Of a stretch of 64,000 nucleotides of DNA, positions 1 through 12,250 are shown one piece after another (position 1 is the stretch's first letter; each line of letters begins with the position of its first letter). Position numbers and translations under genes: made by a program. Origin of the DNA: Eledone cirrhosa. Its lineage: Eukaryota. The DNA lies in contig OZ024764.1 in NCBI GenBank assembly GCA_964016885.1, positions 19,034,001 through 19,098,000 of the forward strand, given 5' to 3'. Under the pieces are notes generated by a model, which ran no database searches, had not been told where the DNA came from, and was given only the letters and a program-made list of their open reading frames with translations.

Positions 1-3000
1 CGTGTAGGTGTCATAACAAAAAGTACCCAGTCCACACTGTAAAGTGGTCATGTAGGTGTCACAACAAAAAGTACCCAGTCCACACTGTAAAGTGGTCATG
101 TAGGTGTCACAACAAAAAGTACCCAGTCCACACTGTAAAGTGGTCATGTAGGTGTCACAACAAAAAGTACCCAGGCCACACTGTAAAGTGGTCATGTAGG
201 TGTCACAACAAAAAGTACCCAGTCCACACTGTAAAGTGGTCATGTAGGTGTCACAACAAAAAGTACCCAGTCCACACTGTAAAGTGGTCATGTAGGTGTC
301 ACAACAAAAAGTACCCAGTCCACACTGTAAAGTGGTGATGTAGGTGTCACAACAAAAAGTACCCAGTCCACACTGTAAAGTGGACATGTAGGTGTCATGA
401 CAAAAAGTACCCAGTCCACACTGTAAAGTGGTCATGTAGGTGTCACAACAAAAAGTACCCAGTCCACACTGTAAAGTGGTCATGTAGGTGTCACAACAAA
501 AAGTACCCAGTCCACACTGTAAAGTGGTCATGTAGGTGTCACAACAAAAAGTACCCAGGCCACACTGTAAAGCGGTCATGTAGGTGTCACAACAAAAAGT
601 ACCCAGTCCACACTGTAAAGTGGTCATGTAGGTGTCACAACAAAAAGTACCCAGTCCACCCTGTAAAGTGGTCATATATGTGTCACAACAAAAGGTACCC
701 AGTCCACCCTGTAAAGTGGTCATGTATGTGTCACAACAAAAAGTACCCAGTCCACACTGTAAAGTGGTGATGTAGGTGTCACAACAAAAAGTACCCAGTC
801 CACACTGTAAAGTGGACATGTAGGTGTCATGACAAAAAGTACCCAGTCCACACTGTAAAGTGGTCATGTAGGTGTCACAACAAAAAGTACCCAGTCCACA
901 CTGTAAAGTGGTCATGTAGGTGTCACAACAAAAAGTACCCAGGCCACACTGTAAAGTGGTCATGTAGGTGTCACAACAAAAAGTACCCAGTCCACACTGT
1001 AAAGTGGTCATGTAGGTGTCACAACAAAAAGTACCCAGTCCACCCTGTAAAGTGGTCATATATGTGTCACAACAAAAGGTACCCAGTCCACCCTGTAAAG
1101 TGGTCATGTATGTGTCACAACAAAAAGTACCCAGTCCACACTGTAAAGTGGTCATGTATGTGTCACAACAAAAAGTACCCAGTCCACACTGTAAAGTGGT
1201 CATGTAGGTGTCACAACAAAAAGTACCCAGTCCACACTGTAAAGTGGTCATGTAGGTGTCACAACAAAAAGTACCCAGTCCACACTGTAAAGTGGTCATG
1301 TAGGTGTCACAACAAAAAGTACCCAGTCCACACTGTAAAGTGGTCATGTAGGTATCACAACAAAAAGTACCCAGTCCACACTGTAAAGTGGTCATGTAGG
1401 TGTCACAACAAAAAGTACCCAGTCCAGCCTGTAAAGTGGTCATATATGTGTCACAACAAAAAGTACCCAGTCCACCCTGTAAAGTGGTCATGTATGTGTC
1501 ACAACAAAAAGTACCCAGTCCACACTGTAAAGTGGTCATGTATGTGTCACAACAAAATTACCCAGTCCACACTGTAAAGTGGTCATGTAGGTGTCACAAC
1601 AAAAAGTACCCAGTCCACACTGTAAAGTGGTCATGTAGGTGTCATAACAAAAAGTACCCAGTCCACACTGTAGAGTGGTCAAGTAGGTATCATGACAAAA
1701 AGTACCCAGTCCACACTATAAAGTGGTCAGGTAGGTGTCACAACAAAAAGTACCCAGTCCACACTGTAAAGTGGTCATGTAGGTGTCACAACAAAAAGTA
1801 CCCAGTCCACACTGTAAAGTGGTCATGTAGGTGTCATAACAAAAAGTACCCAGTCCACACTGTAAAGTGGTCAGGTAGGTGTCACAACAAAAAGTACCCA
1901 GTCCACACTGTAAAGTGGTCATGTAGGTGTCACAACAAAAAGTACCCAGTCCACACTGTAACGTGGTCATGTAGGTGTCACAACAAAAAGTACCCAGTCC
2001 ACACTGTAAAGTGGTCATGTAGGTGTCACAACAAAAAGTACCCAGTCCACACTGTAAAGTGGTCATGTAGGTGTCACAACAAAAAGTACCCAGTCCACAC
2101 TGTAAAGTGGTCATGTAGGTGTCACAACAAAAAGTACCCAGTCCACACTGTAAAGTGGTCATGTAGGTGTCACAACAAAAAGTACCCAGTCCACACTGTA
2201 AAGTGGTCATGTAGGTGTCACAACAAAAAGTACCCAGTCCAGCCTGTAAAGTGGTCATATATGTGTCACAACAAAAAGTACCCAGTCCACCCTGTAAAGT
2301 GGTCATGTATGTGTCACAACAAAAAGTACCCAGTCCACACTGTAAAGTGGTCATGTATGTGTCACAACAAAATTACCCAGTCCACACTGTAAAGTGGTCA
2401 TGTAGGTGTCACAACAAAAAGTACCCAGTCCACACTGTAAAGTGGTCATGTAGGTGTCACAACAAAAAGGACCCAGTCCACCCTGTAAAGTGGTCATATA
2501 TGTGTCACAACAAAAATTACCCAGTCCACCCTGTAAAGTGGTCATGTATGTGTCACAACAAAAAGTACCCAGTCCACACTGTAAAGTGGTCATGTATGTG
2601 TCACAACAAAAAGTACCCAGTCCACACTGTAAAGTGGTCATGTAGGTGTCACAACAAAAAGTACCCAGTCCACACTGTAAAGTGGTCATGTAGGTGTCAT
2701 AACAAAAAGTACCCAGTCCACACTGTAGAGTGGTCAGGTAGGTATCATGACAAAAAGTACCCAGTCCACACTGTAAAGTGGTCATGTAGGTGTCACAACA
2801 AAAAGTACCCAGTCCACACTGTAAAGTGGTCATGTAGGTGTCATAACAAAAAGTACCCAGTCCACACTGTAAAGTGGTCATGTAGGTGTCACAACAAAAA
2901 GTACCCAGTCCACACTGTAAAGTGGTCATGTAGGTGTCACAACAAAAAGTACCCAGTCCACACTGTAAAGTGGTCATGTAGGTGTCATAACAAAAAGTAC

Positions 3001-6000
3001 CCAGTCCACACTGTAAAGTGGGCAGGTAGGTGTCACAACAAAAAGTACCCAGTCCACACTGTAAAGTGGTCATGTAGGTGTCACAACAAAAAGTACCCAG
3101 TCCACACTGTAAAGTGGTCATGTATGTGTCACAACAAAAAGTACCCAGTCCACACTGTAAAGTGGTCATGTAGGTGTCATAACAAAAAGTACCCAGTCCA
3201 CACTGTAGAGTGGTCAGGTAGGTATCATGACAAAAAGTACCCAGTCCACACTGTAAAGTGGTCATGTAGGTGTCACAACAAAAAGTACCCAGTCCACACT
3301 GTAAAGTGGTCATGTAGGTGTCATAACAAAAAGTACCCAGTCCACACTGTAAAGTGGTCAGGTAGGCGTCACAACAAAAAGTACCCAGTCCACACTGTAA
3401 AGTGGTCATGTAGGTGTCATAACAAAAAGTACCCAGTCCACACTGTAAAGTGGTCAGGTAGGTGGCACAACAAAAAGTACCCAGTCCACACTGTAAAGTG
3501 GTCATGTAGGTGTCACAACAAAAAGTACCAAGTCCACACTGTAGAGTGGTCAGGTAGGTATCATGACAAAAAGTACCCAGTCCACACTGTAAAGTGGTCA
3601 TGTAGGTATCATGACAAAAAGTACCCAGTCCACACTGTAAAGTGGTAATGTAGGTGTCACAAAAAAAAACAACACCCAGTCCACACTGTAAAGTGGTCAT
3701 GTAGGTGTCACGACAAAAAGTACCGAGTCCACCTCTGTAAAGTGGTCATGTAGGTGTCACAACAAAAAGTACCCAGTCCACACTGTAAAGTGGTCATGTA
3801 GGTGTCATAACAAAAAGTACCCAGTCCACACTGTAGAGTGATCAGGTAGGTATCATGACAAAAAGTACCCAGTCCACACTGTAAAGTGGTCATGTAGGTG
3901 TCACAACAAAAAGTACCCAGTCCACACTGTAAAGTAGTCATGTAGGTGTCATAACAAAAAGTACCCAGTCCACACTGTAAAGTGGTCAGGTAGGTGTCAC
4001 AACAAAAAGTACCCAGTCCACACTGTAAAGTGGTCATGTAGGTGTCACAACAAAAAGTACCCAGTCCACACTGTAAAGTGGTCATGTAGGTGTCATAACA
4101 AAAAGTACCCAGTCCACACTGTAAAGTGGTCAGGTAGGTGTCACAACAAAAAGTACCCAGTCCACACTGTAAAGTGGTCATGTAGGTGTCACATCAAAAA
4201 GTACCCAGTCCACACTGTAAAGTGGTCATGTAGGTGTCACAACAAAAAGTACCCAGGCCACACTGTAAAGCGGTCATGTAGGTGTCACAACAAAAAGTAC
4301 CCAGTCCACACTGTAAAGTGGTCATGTAGGTGTCACAACAAAAAGTACCCAGTCCACCCTGTAAAGTGGTCATATATGTGTCACAACAAAAGGTACCCAG
4401 TCCACCCTGTAAAGTGGTCATGTATGTGTCACAACAAAAAGTACCCAGTCCACACTGTAAAGTGGTGATGTAGGTGTCACAACAAAAAGTACCCAGTCCA
4501 CACTGTAAAGTGGACATGTAGGTGTCATGACAAAAAGTACCCAGTCCACACTGTAAAGTGGTCATGTAGGTGTCACAACAAAAAGTACCCAGTCCACACT
4601 GTAAAGTGGTCATGTAGGTGTCACAACAAAAAGTACCCAGTCCACACTGTAAAGTGGTCATGTAGGTGTCACAACAAAAAGTACCCAGGCCACACTGTAA
4701 AGTGGTCATGTAGGTGTCACAACAAAAAGTACCCAGTCCACACTGTAAAGTGGTCATGTAGGTGTCACAACAAAAAGTACCCAGTCCACCCTGTAAAGTG
4801 GTCATATATGTGTCACAACAAAAGGTACCCAGTCCACCCTGTAAAGTGGTCATGTATGTGTCACAACAAAAAGTACCCAGTCCACACTGTAAAGTGGTCA
4901 TGTATGTGTCACAACAAAAAGTACCCAGTCCACACTGTAAAGTGGTCATGTAGGTGTCACAACAAAAAGTACCCAGTCCACACTGTAAAGTGGTCATGTA
5001 GGTGTCACAACAAAAAGTACCCAGTCCACACTGTAAAGTGGTCATGTAGGTGTCACAACAAAAAGTACCCAGTCCACACTGTAAAGTGGTCATGTAGGTG
5101 TCACAACAAAAAGTACCCAGTCCACACTGTAAAGTGGTCATGTAGGTGTCACAACAAAAAGTACCCAGTCCAGCCTGTAAAGTGGTCATATATGTGTCAC
5201 AACAAAAAGTACCCAGTCCACCCTGTAAAGTGGTCATGTATGTGTCACAACAAAAAGTACCCAGTCCACACTGTAAAGTGGTCATGTATGTGTCACAACA
5301 AAATTACCCAGTCCACACTGTAAAGTGGTCATGTAGGTGTCACAACAAAAAGTACCCAGTCCACACTGTAAAGTGGTCATGTAGGTGTCACAACAAAAAG
5401 TACCCAGTCCACACTGTAAAGTGGTCATGTAGGTGTCACAACAAAAAGTACCCAGTCCACCCTGTAAAGTGGTCATATATGTGTCACAACAAAAGGTACC
5501 CAGTCCACCCTGTAAAGTGGTCATGTATGTGTCACAACAAAAAGTACCCAGTCCACACTGTAAAGTGGACATGTAGGTGTCATAACAAAAAGAACCCAGT
5601 CCACACTGTAAAGTGGTCATGTAGGTGTCACAACAAAAAGTACCCAGTCCACACTGTAAAGTGGTCATGTAGGTGTCACAACAAAAAGTACCCAGTCCAC
5701 ACTGTAAAGTGGTCATGTAGGTGTCACAACAAAAAGTACCCAGGCCACACTGTAAAGTGGTCATGTAGGTGTCACAACAAAAAGTACCCAGTCCACACTG
5801 TAAAGTGGTCATGTAGGTGTCACAACAAAAAGTACCCAGTCCACACTGTAAAGTGGTCATGTAGGTGTCACAACAAAAAGTACCCAGTCCACACTGTAAA
5901 GTGGTGATGTAGGTGTCACAACAAAAAGTACCCAGTCCACACTGTAAAGTGGACATGTAGGTGTCATGACAAAAAGTACCCAGTCCACACTGTAAAGTGG

Positions 6001-8260
6001 TCATGTAGGTGTCACAACAAAAAGTACCCAGTCCACACTGTAAAGTGGTCATGTAGGTGTCACAACAAAAAGTACCCAGTCCACACTGTAAAGTGGTCAT
6101 GTAGGTGTCACAAGAAAAAGTACCCAGGCCACACTGTAAAGCGGTCATGTAGGTGTCACAACAAAAAGTACCCAGTCCACACTGTAAAGTGGTCATGTAG
6201 GTGTCACAACAAAAAGTACCCAGTCCACCCTGTAAAGTGGTCATATATGTGTCACAACAAAAGGTACCCAGTCCACCCTGTAAAGTGGACATGTATGTGT
6301 CACAACAAAAAGTACCCAGTCCACACTGTAAAGTGGTGATGTAGGTGTCACAACAAAAAGTACCCAGTCCACACTGTAAAGTGGACATATATGTGTCACA
6401 ACAAAAAGTACCCAGTCCACACTGTAAAGTGGTCATGTAGGTGTCACAACAAAAAGTACCCAGTCCACACTGTAAAGTGGTGATGTAGGTGTCACAACAA
6501 AAAGTACCCAGTCCACACTGTAAAGTGGACATGTAGGTGTCATGACAAAAAGTACCCAGTCCACACTGTAAAGTGGTCATGTAGGTGTCACAACAAAAAG
6601 TACCCAGTCCACACTGTAAAGTGGTCATGTAGGTGTCACAACAAAAAGTACCCAGTCCACACTGTAAAGTGGTCATGTAGGTGTCACAAGAAAAAGTACC
6701 CAGGCCACACTGTAAAGCGGTCATGTAGGTGTCACAACAAAAAGTACCCAGTCCACACTGTAAAGTGGTCATGTAGGTGTCACAACAAAAAGTACCCAGT
6801 CCACCCTGTAAAGTGGTCATATATGTGTCACAACAAAAGGTACCCAGTCCACCCTGTAAAGTGGTCATGTATGTGTCACAACAAAAAGTACCCAGTCCAC
6901 ACTGTAAAGTGGTGATGTAGGTGTCACAACAAAAAGTACCCAGTCCACACTGTAAAGTGGACATATATGTGTCACAACAAAAAGTACCCAGTCCACACTG
7001 TAAAGTGGTCATGTAGGTGTCACAACAAAAAGTACCCAGTCCACACTGTAAAGTGGTCATATATGTGTCACAACAAAGGGTACCCAGTCCACCCTGTAAA
7101 GTGGTCATGTATGTGTCACAACAAAAAGTACCCAGTCCACACTGTAAAGTGGTGATGTAGGTGTCACAACAAAAAGTACCCAGTCCACCCTGTAAAGTGG
7201 TCATGTATGTGTCACAACAAAAAGTACCCAGTCCACACTGTAAAGTGGTGATGTAGGTGTCATGACAAAAAGTACCCAGTCCACACTGTAAAGTGGTCAT
7301 GTAGGTGTCACAACAAAAAGTACCCAGTCCACACTGTAAAGTGGTCATGTAGGTGTCACAACAAAAAGTACCCAGTCCACACTGTAAAGTGGTCATATAT
7401 GTGTCACAACAAAGGGTACCCAGTCCACCCTGTAAAGTGGTCATGTATGTGTCACAACAAAAAGTACCCAGTCCACACTGTAAAGTGGTGATGTAGGTGT
7501 CACAACAAAAAGTACCCAGTCCACACTGTAAAGTGGACATGTAGGTGTCATGACAAAAAGTACCCAGTCCACACTGTAAAGTGGTCATGTAGGTGTCACA
7601 ACAAAAAGTACCCAGGCCACACTGTAAAGTGGTCATGTAGGTGTCACAACAAAAAGTACCCAGTCCACACTGTAAAGTGGTCATGTAGGTGTCACAACAA
7701 AAAGTACCCAGTCCACCCTGTAAAGTGGTCATATATGTGTCACAACAAAGGGTACCCAGTCCACCCTGTAAAGTGGTCATGTATGTGTCACAACAAAAAG
7801 TACCCAGTCCACACTGTAAAGTGGTCATGTATGTGTCACAACAAAAAGTACCCAGTCCACACTGTAAAGTGGTCATGTAGGTGTCACAACAAAAAGTACC
7901 CAGTCCACACTGTAAAGTGGTCATGTAGGTGTCACAACAAAAAGTACCCAGTCCACACTGTAAAGTGGTCATGTAGGTGTCACAACAAAAAGTACCCAGT
8001 CCACACTGTAAAGTGGTCATGTAGGTGTCACAACAAAAAGTACCCAGTCCAGCCTGTAAAGTGGTCATATATGTGTCACAACAAAAAGTACCCAGTCCAC
8101 CCTGTAAAGTGGTCATGTATGTGTCACAACAAAAAGTACCCAGTCCACACTGTAAAGTGGTCATGTATGTGTCACAACAAAATTACCCAGTCCACACTGT
8201 AAAGTGGTCATGTAGGTGTCACAACAAAAAGTACCCAGTCCACACTGTAAAGTGGTCATG
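1..8260 (+). repeat. ~8.2 kb higher-order block, copy 1 (near-identical to 30811-39070)
   Basis: Variant monomers occur in the same order at offset 30810/30811. ORF landmarks pair as 1016/31826, 3708/34519, 4194/35005 and 5282..8164/36093..38975 (same 960-aa translation). Rare variants AAAAGGACCC, AAGAACCC and CAAGAAAAAG are shared. Confidence 0.9.
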
Positions 8261-11200
8261 TAGGTGTCACAACAAAAAGTACCCAGTCCACACTGTAAAG
8301 TAGTCATGTAGGTGTCATAACAAAAAGTACCCAGTCCACACTGTAAAGTGGTCAGGTAGGTGTCACAACAAAAAGTACCCAGTCCACACTGTAAAGTGGT
8401 CATGTAGGTGTCACAACAAAAAGTACCAAATCCACACTGTAGAGTGGTCAGGTAGGTATCATGACAAAAAGTACCCAGTCCACACTGTAAAGTGGTCATG
8501 TAGGTATCATGACAAAAAGTACCCAGTCCACACTGTAAAGTGGTAATGTAGGTGTCACAAAAAAAAACAACACCCAGTCCACACTGTAAAGTGGTCATGT
8601 AGGTGTCACGACAAAAAGTACCCAGTCCACCTCTGTAAAGTGGTCATGTAGGTGTCACAACAAAATATACCCAGTCCACACTGTAAAGTGGTCATGTAGG
8701 TGTCACAACAAAAAGTACCCAGTCCACACTGTAAAGTGGTCATGTAGGTGTCACAACAAAAAGTACCCAGTCCACACTGTAAAGTGGTCATGTAGGTGTC
8801 ACAACAAAAAGTACCCAGTCCACACTGTAAAGTGGTCATGTAGGTGTCACAACAAAAAGTACCCAGTCCACACTGTAAAGTGGTCATGTAGATGTCACAA
8901 CAAAAAGTACCCAGTCCACCCTGTAAAGTGGTCATATATGTGTCACAACAAAAATTACCCAGTCCACCCTGTAAAGTGGTCATGTATGTGTCACAACAAA
9001 AAGTACCCAGTCCACACTGTAAAGTGGTCATGTATGTGTCACAACAAAAAGTACCCAGTCCACACTGTAAAGTGGTCATGTAGGTGTCACAACAAAAAGT
9101 ACCCAGTCCACACTGTAAAGTGGTCATGTAGGTGTCATAACAAAAAGTACCCAGTCCACACTGTAGAGTGGTCAGGTAGGTATCATGACAAAAAGTACCC
9201 AGTCCACACTGTAAAGTGGTCATGTAGGTGTCATAACAAAAAGTACCCAGTCCACACTGTAAAGTGGTCAGGTAGGTGTCACAACAAAAAGTACCCAGTC
9301 CAAACTGTAAAGTGGTCATGTAGGTGTCACAACAAAAAGTACCCAGTCCACACTGTAAAGTGGTCATGTAGGTGTCATAACAAAAAGTACCCAGTCCACA
9401 CTGTAAAGTGGGCAGGTAGGTGTCACAACAAAAAGTACCCAGTCCACACTGTAAAGTGGTCATGTAGGTGTCACAACAAAAAGTACCCAGTCCACACTGT
9501 AAAGTGGTCATGTATGTGTCACAACAAAAAGTACCCAGTCCACACTGTAAAGTGGTCATGTAGGTGTCACAACAAAAAGTACCCAGTCCACACTGTAAAG
9601 TAGTCATGTAGGTGTCATAACAAAAAGTACCCAGTCCACACTGTAAAGTGGTCAGGTAGGTGTCACAACAAAAAGTACCCAGTCCACACTGTAAAGTGGT
9701 CATGTAGGTGTCACAACAAAAAGCACCCAGTCCACACTGTAAAGTGGTCATGTAGGTGTCATAACAAAAAGTACCCAGTCCACACTGTAAAGTGGTCAGG
9801 TAGGTGTCACAACAAAAAGTACCCAGTCCACACTGTAAAGTGGTCATGTAGGTGTCATAACAAAAAGTACCCAGTCCACACTGTAAAGTGGTCAGGTAGG
9901 TGGCACAACAAAAAGTACCCAGTCCACACTGTAAAGTGGTCATGTAGGTGTCACAACAAAAAGTACCAAGTCCACACTGTAGAGTGGTCAGGTAGGTATC
10001 ATGACAAAAAGTACCCAGTCCACACTGTAAAGTGGTCAGGTAGGTATCATGACAAAAAGTACCCAGTCCACACTGTAAAGTGGTAATGTAGGTGTCACAA
10101 AAAAAAACAACACCCAGTCCACACTGTAAAGTGGTCATGTAGGTGTCACAACAAAAAGTACCCAGTCCACCTCTGTAAAGTGGTCATGTAGGTGTCACAA
10201 CAAAAAGTACCCAGTCCACACTGTAAAGTGGTCATGTAGGTGTCATAACAAAAAGTACCCAGTCCACACTGTAGAGTGGTCATGTAGGTGTCATAACAAA
10301 AAGTACCCAGTCCACACTGTAAAGTGGTCATGTAGGTGTCATAACAAAAAGTACCCAGTCCACACTGTAACGTGGTCAGGTAGGTATCATGACAAAAAGT
10401 ACCCAGTCCACACTGTAAAGTGGTCATGTAGGTGTCACAACAAAAAGTACCCAGTCCACACTGTAACGTGGTCAGGTAGGTATCATGACAAAAAGTACCC
10501 AGTCCACACTGTAAAGTGGTCATGTAGGTGTCATAACAAAAAGTACCCAGTCCACACTGTAAAGTGGTCATGTAGGTGTCATAACAAAAAGTACCCAGTC
10601 CACACTGTAACGTGGTCAGGTAGGTATCATGACAAAAAGTACCCAGTCCACACTGTAAAGTGGTCATGTAGGTGTCACAACAAAAAGTACCCAGTCCACA
10701 CTGTAAAGTAGTCATGTAGGTGTCATAACAAAAAGTACCCAGTCCACACTGTAAAGTGGTCAGGTAGGTGTCACAACAAAAAGTACCCAGTCCACACTGT
10801 AAAGTGGTCATGTAGGTGTCACAACAAAAAGCACCCAGTCCACACTGTAAAGTGGTCATGTAGGTGTCATAACAAAAAGTACCCAGTCCACACTGTAAAG
10901 TGGTCAGGTAGGTGTCACAACAAAAAGTACCCAGTCCACACTGTAAAGTGGTCATGTAGGTGCCACAACAAAAAGTACCCAGTCCACACTGTAAAGTGGT
11001 CATGTATGTGTCACAATAAAAAGTACCCAGTCCACACTGTAAAGTGGTCATGTAGGTGTCACAACAAAAAGTACCCAGTCCACACTGTAAAGTGGTCATG
11101 TAGGTGTCATAACAAAAAGTACCCAGTCCACACTGTAGAGTGGTCAGGTAGGTATCATGACAAAAAGTACCCAGTCCACACTGTAAAGTGGTAATGTAGG

Positions 11201-11829
11201 TGTCACAAAAAAAAACAACACCCAGTCCACACTGTAAAGTGGTCATGTAGCTGTCACGACAAAAAGTACCCAGTCCACCTCTGTAAAGTGGTCATGTAGG
11301 TGTCACAACAAAAAGTACCCAGTCCACACTGTAAAGTGGTCATGTAGGTGTCACAACGAAAAGTACCCAGTCCACACTGTAAAGTGGTCATGTAGGTGTC
11401 ATAACAAAACGTACCCAGTCCACACTGTAAAGTGGTCAGGTAGGTGTCACAACAAAAAGTACCCAGTCCACACTGTAAAGTGGTCATGTAGGTGTCACAA
11501 CAAAAAGTACCCAGTCCACACTCTAAAGTGGTCATGTAGGTGTCATAACAAAAAGTACCCAGTCCACACTGTAAAGTGGTCAGGTAGGTGGCACAACAAA
11601 AAGTACCTAGTCCACACTGTAAAGTGGTCATGTAGGTGTCACAACAAAAAGTACCAAGTCCACACTGTAGAGTGGTCAGGTAGGTATCATGACAAAAAGT
11701 ACCCAGTCCACACTGTAAAGTGGTCATGTAGGTATCATGACAAAAAGTACCCAGTCCACACTGTAAAGTGGTAATGTAGGTGTCACAAAAAAAAACAACA
11801 CCCAGTCCACACTGTAAAGTGGTCATGTA

Positions 11830-12250
11830 GGTGTCACGACAAAGAGTACCCAGTCCACCTCTGTAAAGTGGTCATGTAGGTGTCACAACAAAAAGTACCC
11901 AGTCCACACTGTAAAGTGGTCATGTAGGTGTCACAACAAAAAGTACCCAGTCCACACTGTAATGTGGTCATGTAGGTGTCACAACAAAAAGTACTCAGTC
12001 CACACTGTAAAGTGGTCATGTAGGTGTCACAACAAAAAGTACCCAGTCCACCCTGTAAAGTGGTCATGTAGGTGTCACAACAAAAAGTACCCAGTCCACA
12101 CTGTAAAGTGGTCATGTAGCTGTCACAACAAAAAGTACCCAATCCACACTGTAATGTGGTCATACAGGTTTCACAACAAAAAGTACCCAGTCCACACTGT
12201 AATGTGGTCATATAGGTGTCACAACAAAAAGTACCCAGTCCACACTGTAA
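11830..12250 (+). repeat. Cluster of most-diverged monomers, copy 1 of 3 (others ~14960-15330 and ~21840-22260)
   Basis: The ordered variants GTAATGTGG, GTACTCAG, GTAGCTG, CCAATCC, CATACAGGTTTC and CATATAGG co-occur only at these three places. Confidence 0.85.

Noticed and set aside
1728-1736. CAG|GTAGGT as a 5' splice donor in B-type monomers
   Set aside because: It matches the donor consensus, but there is no exon structure, branch point or polypyrimidine acceptor on the plus strand. A single T-to-G variant explains it.
3661-3673. A9 tract as a retroposon poly(A) tail or terminator
   Set aside because: It is an in-place alteration of the monomer's own AACAAAAAGT segment, with no target-site duplication, element body or GC-rich stem.
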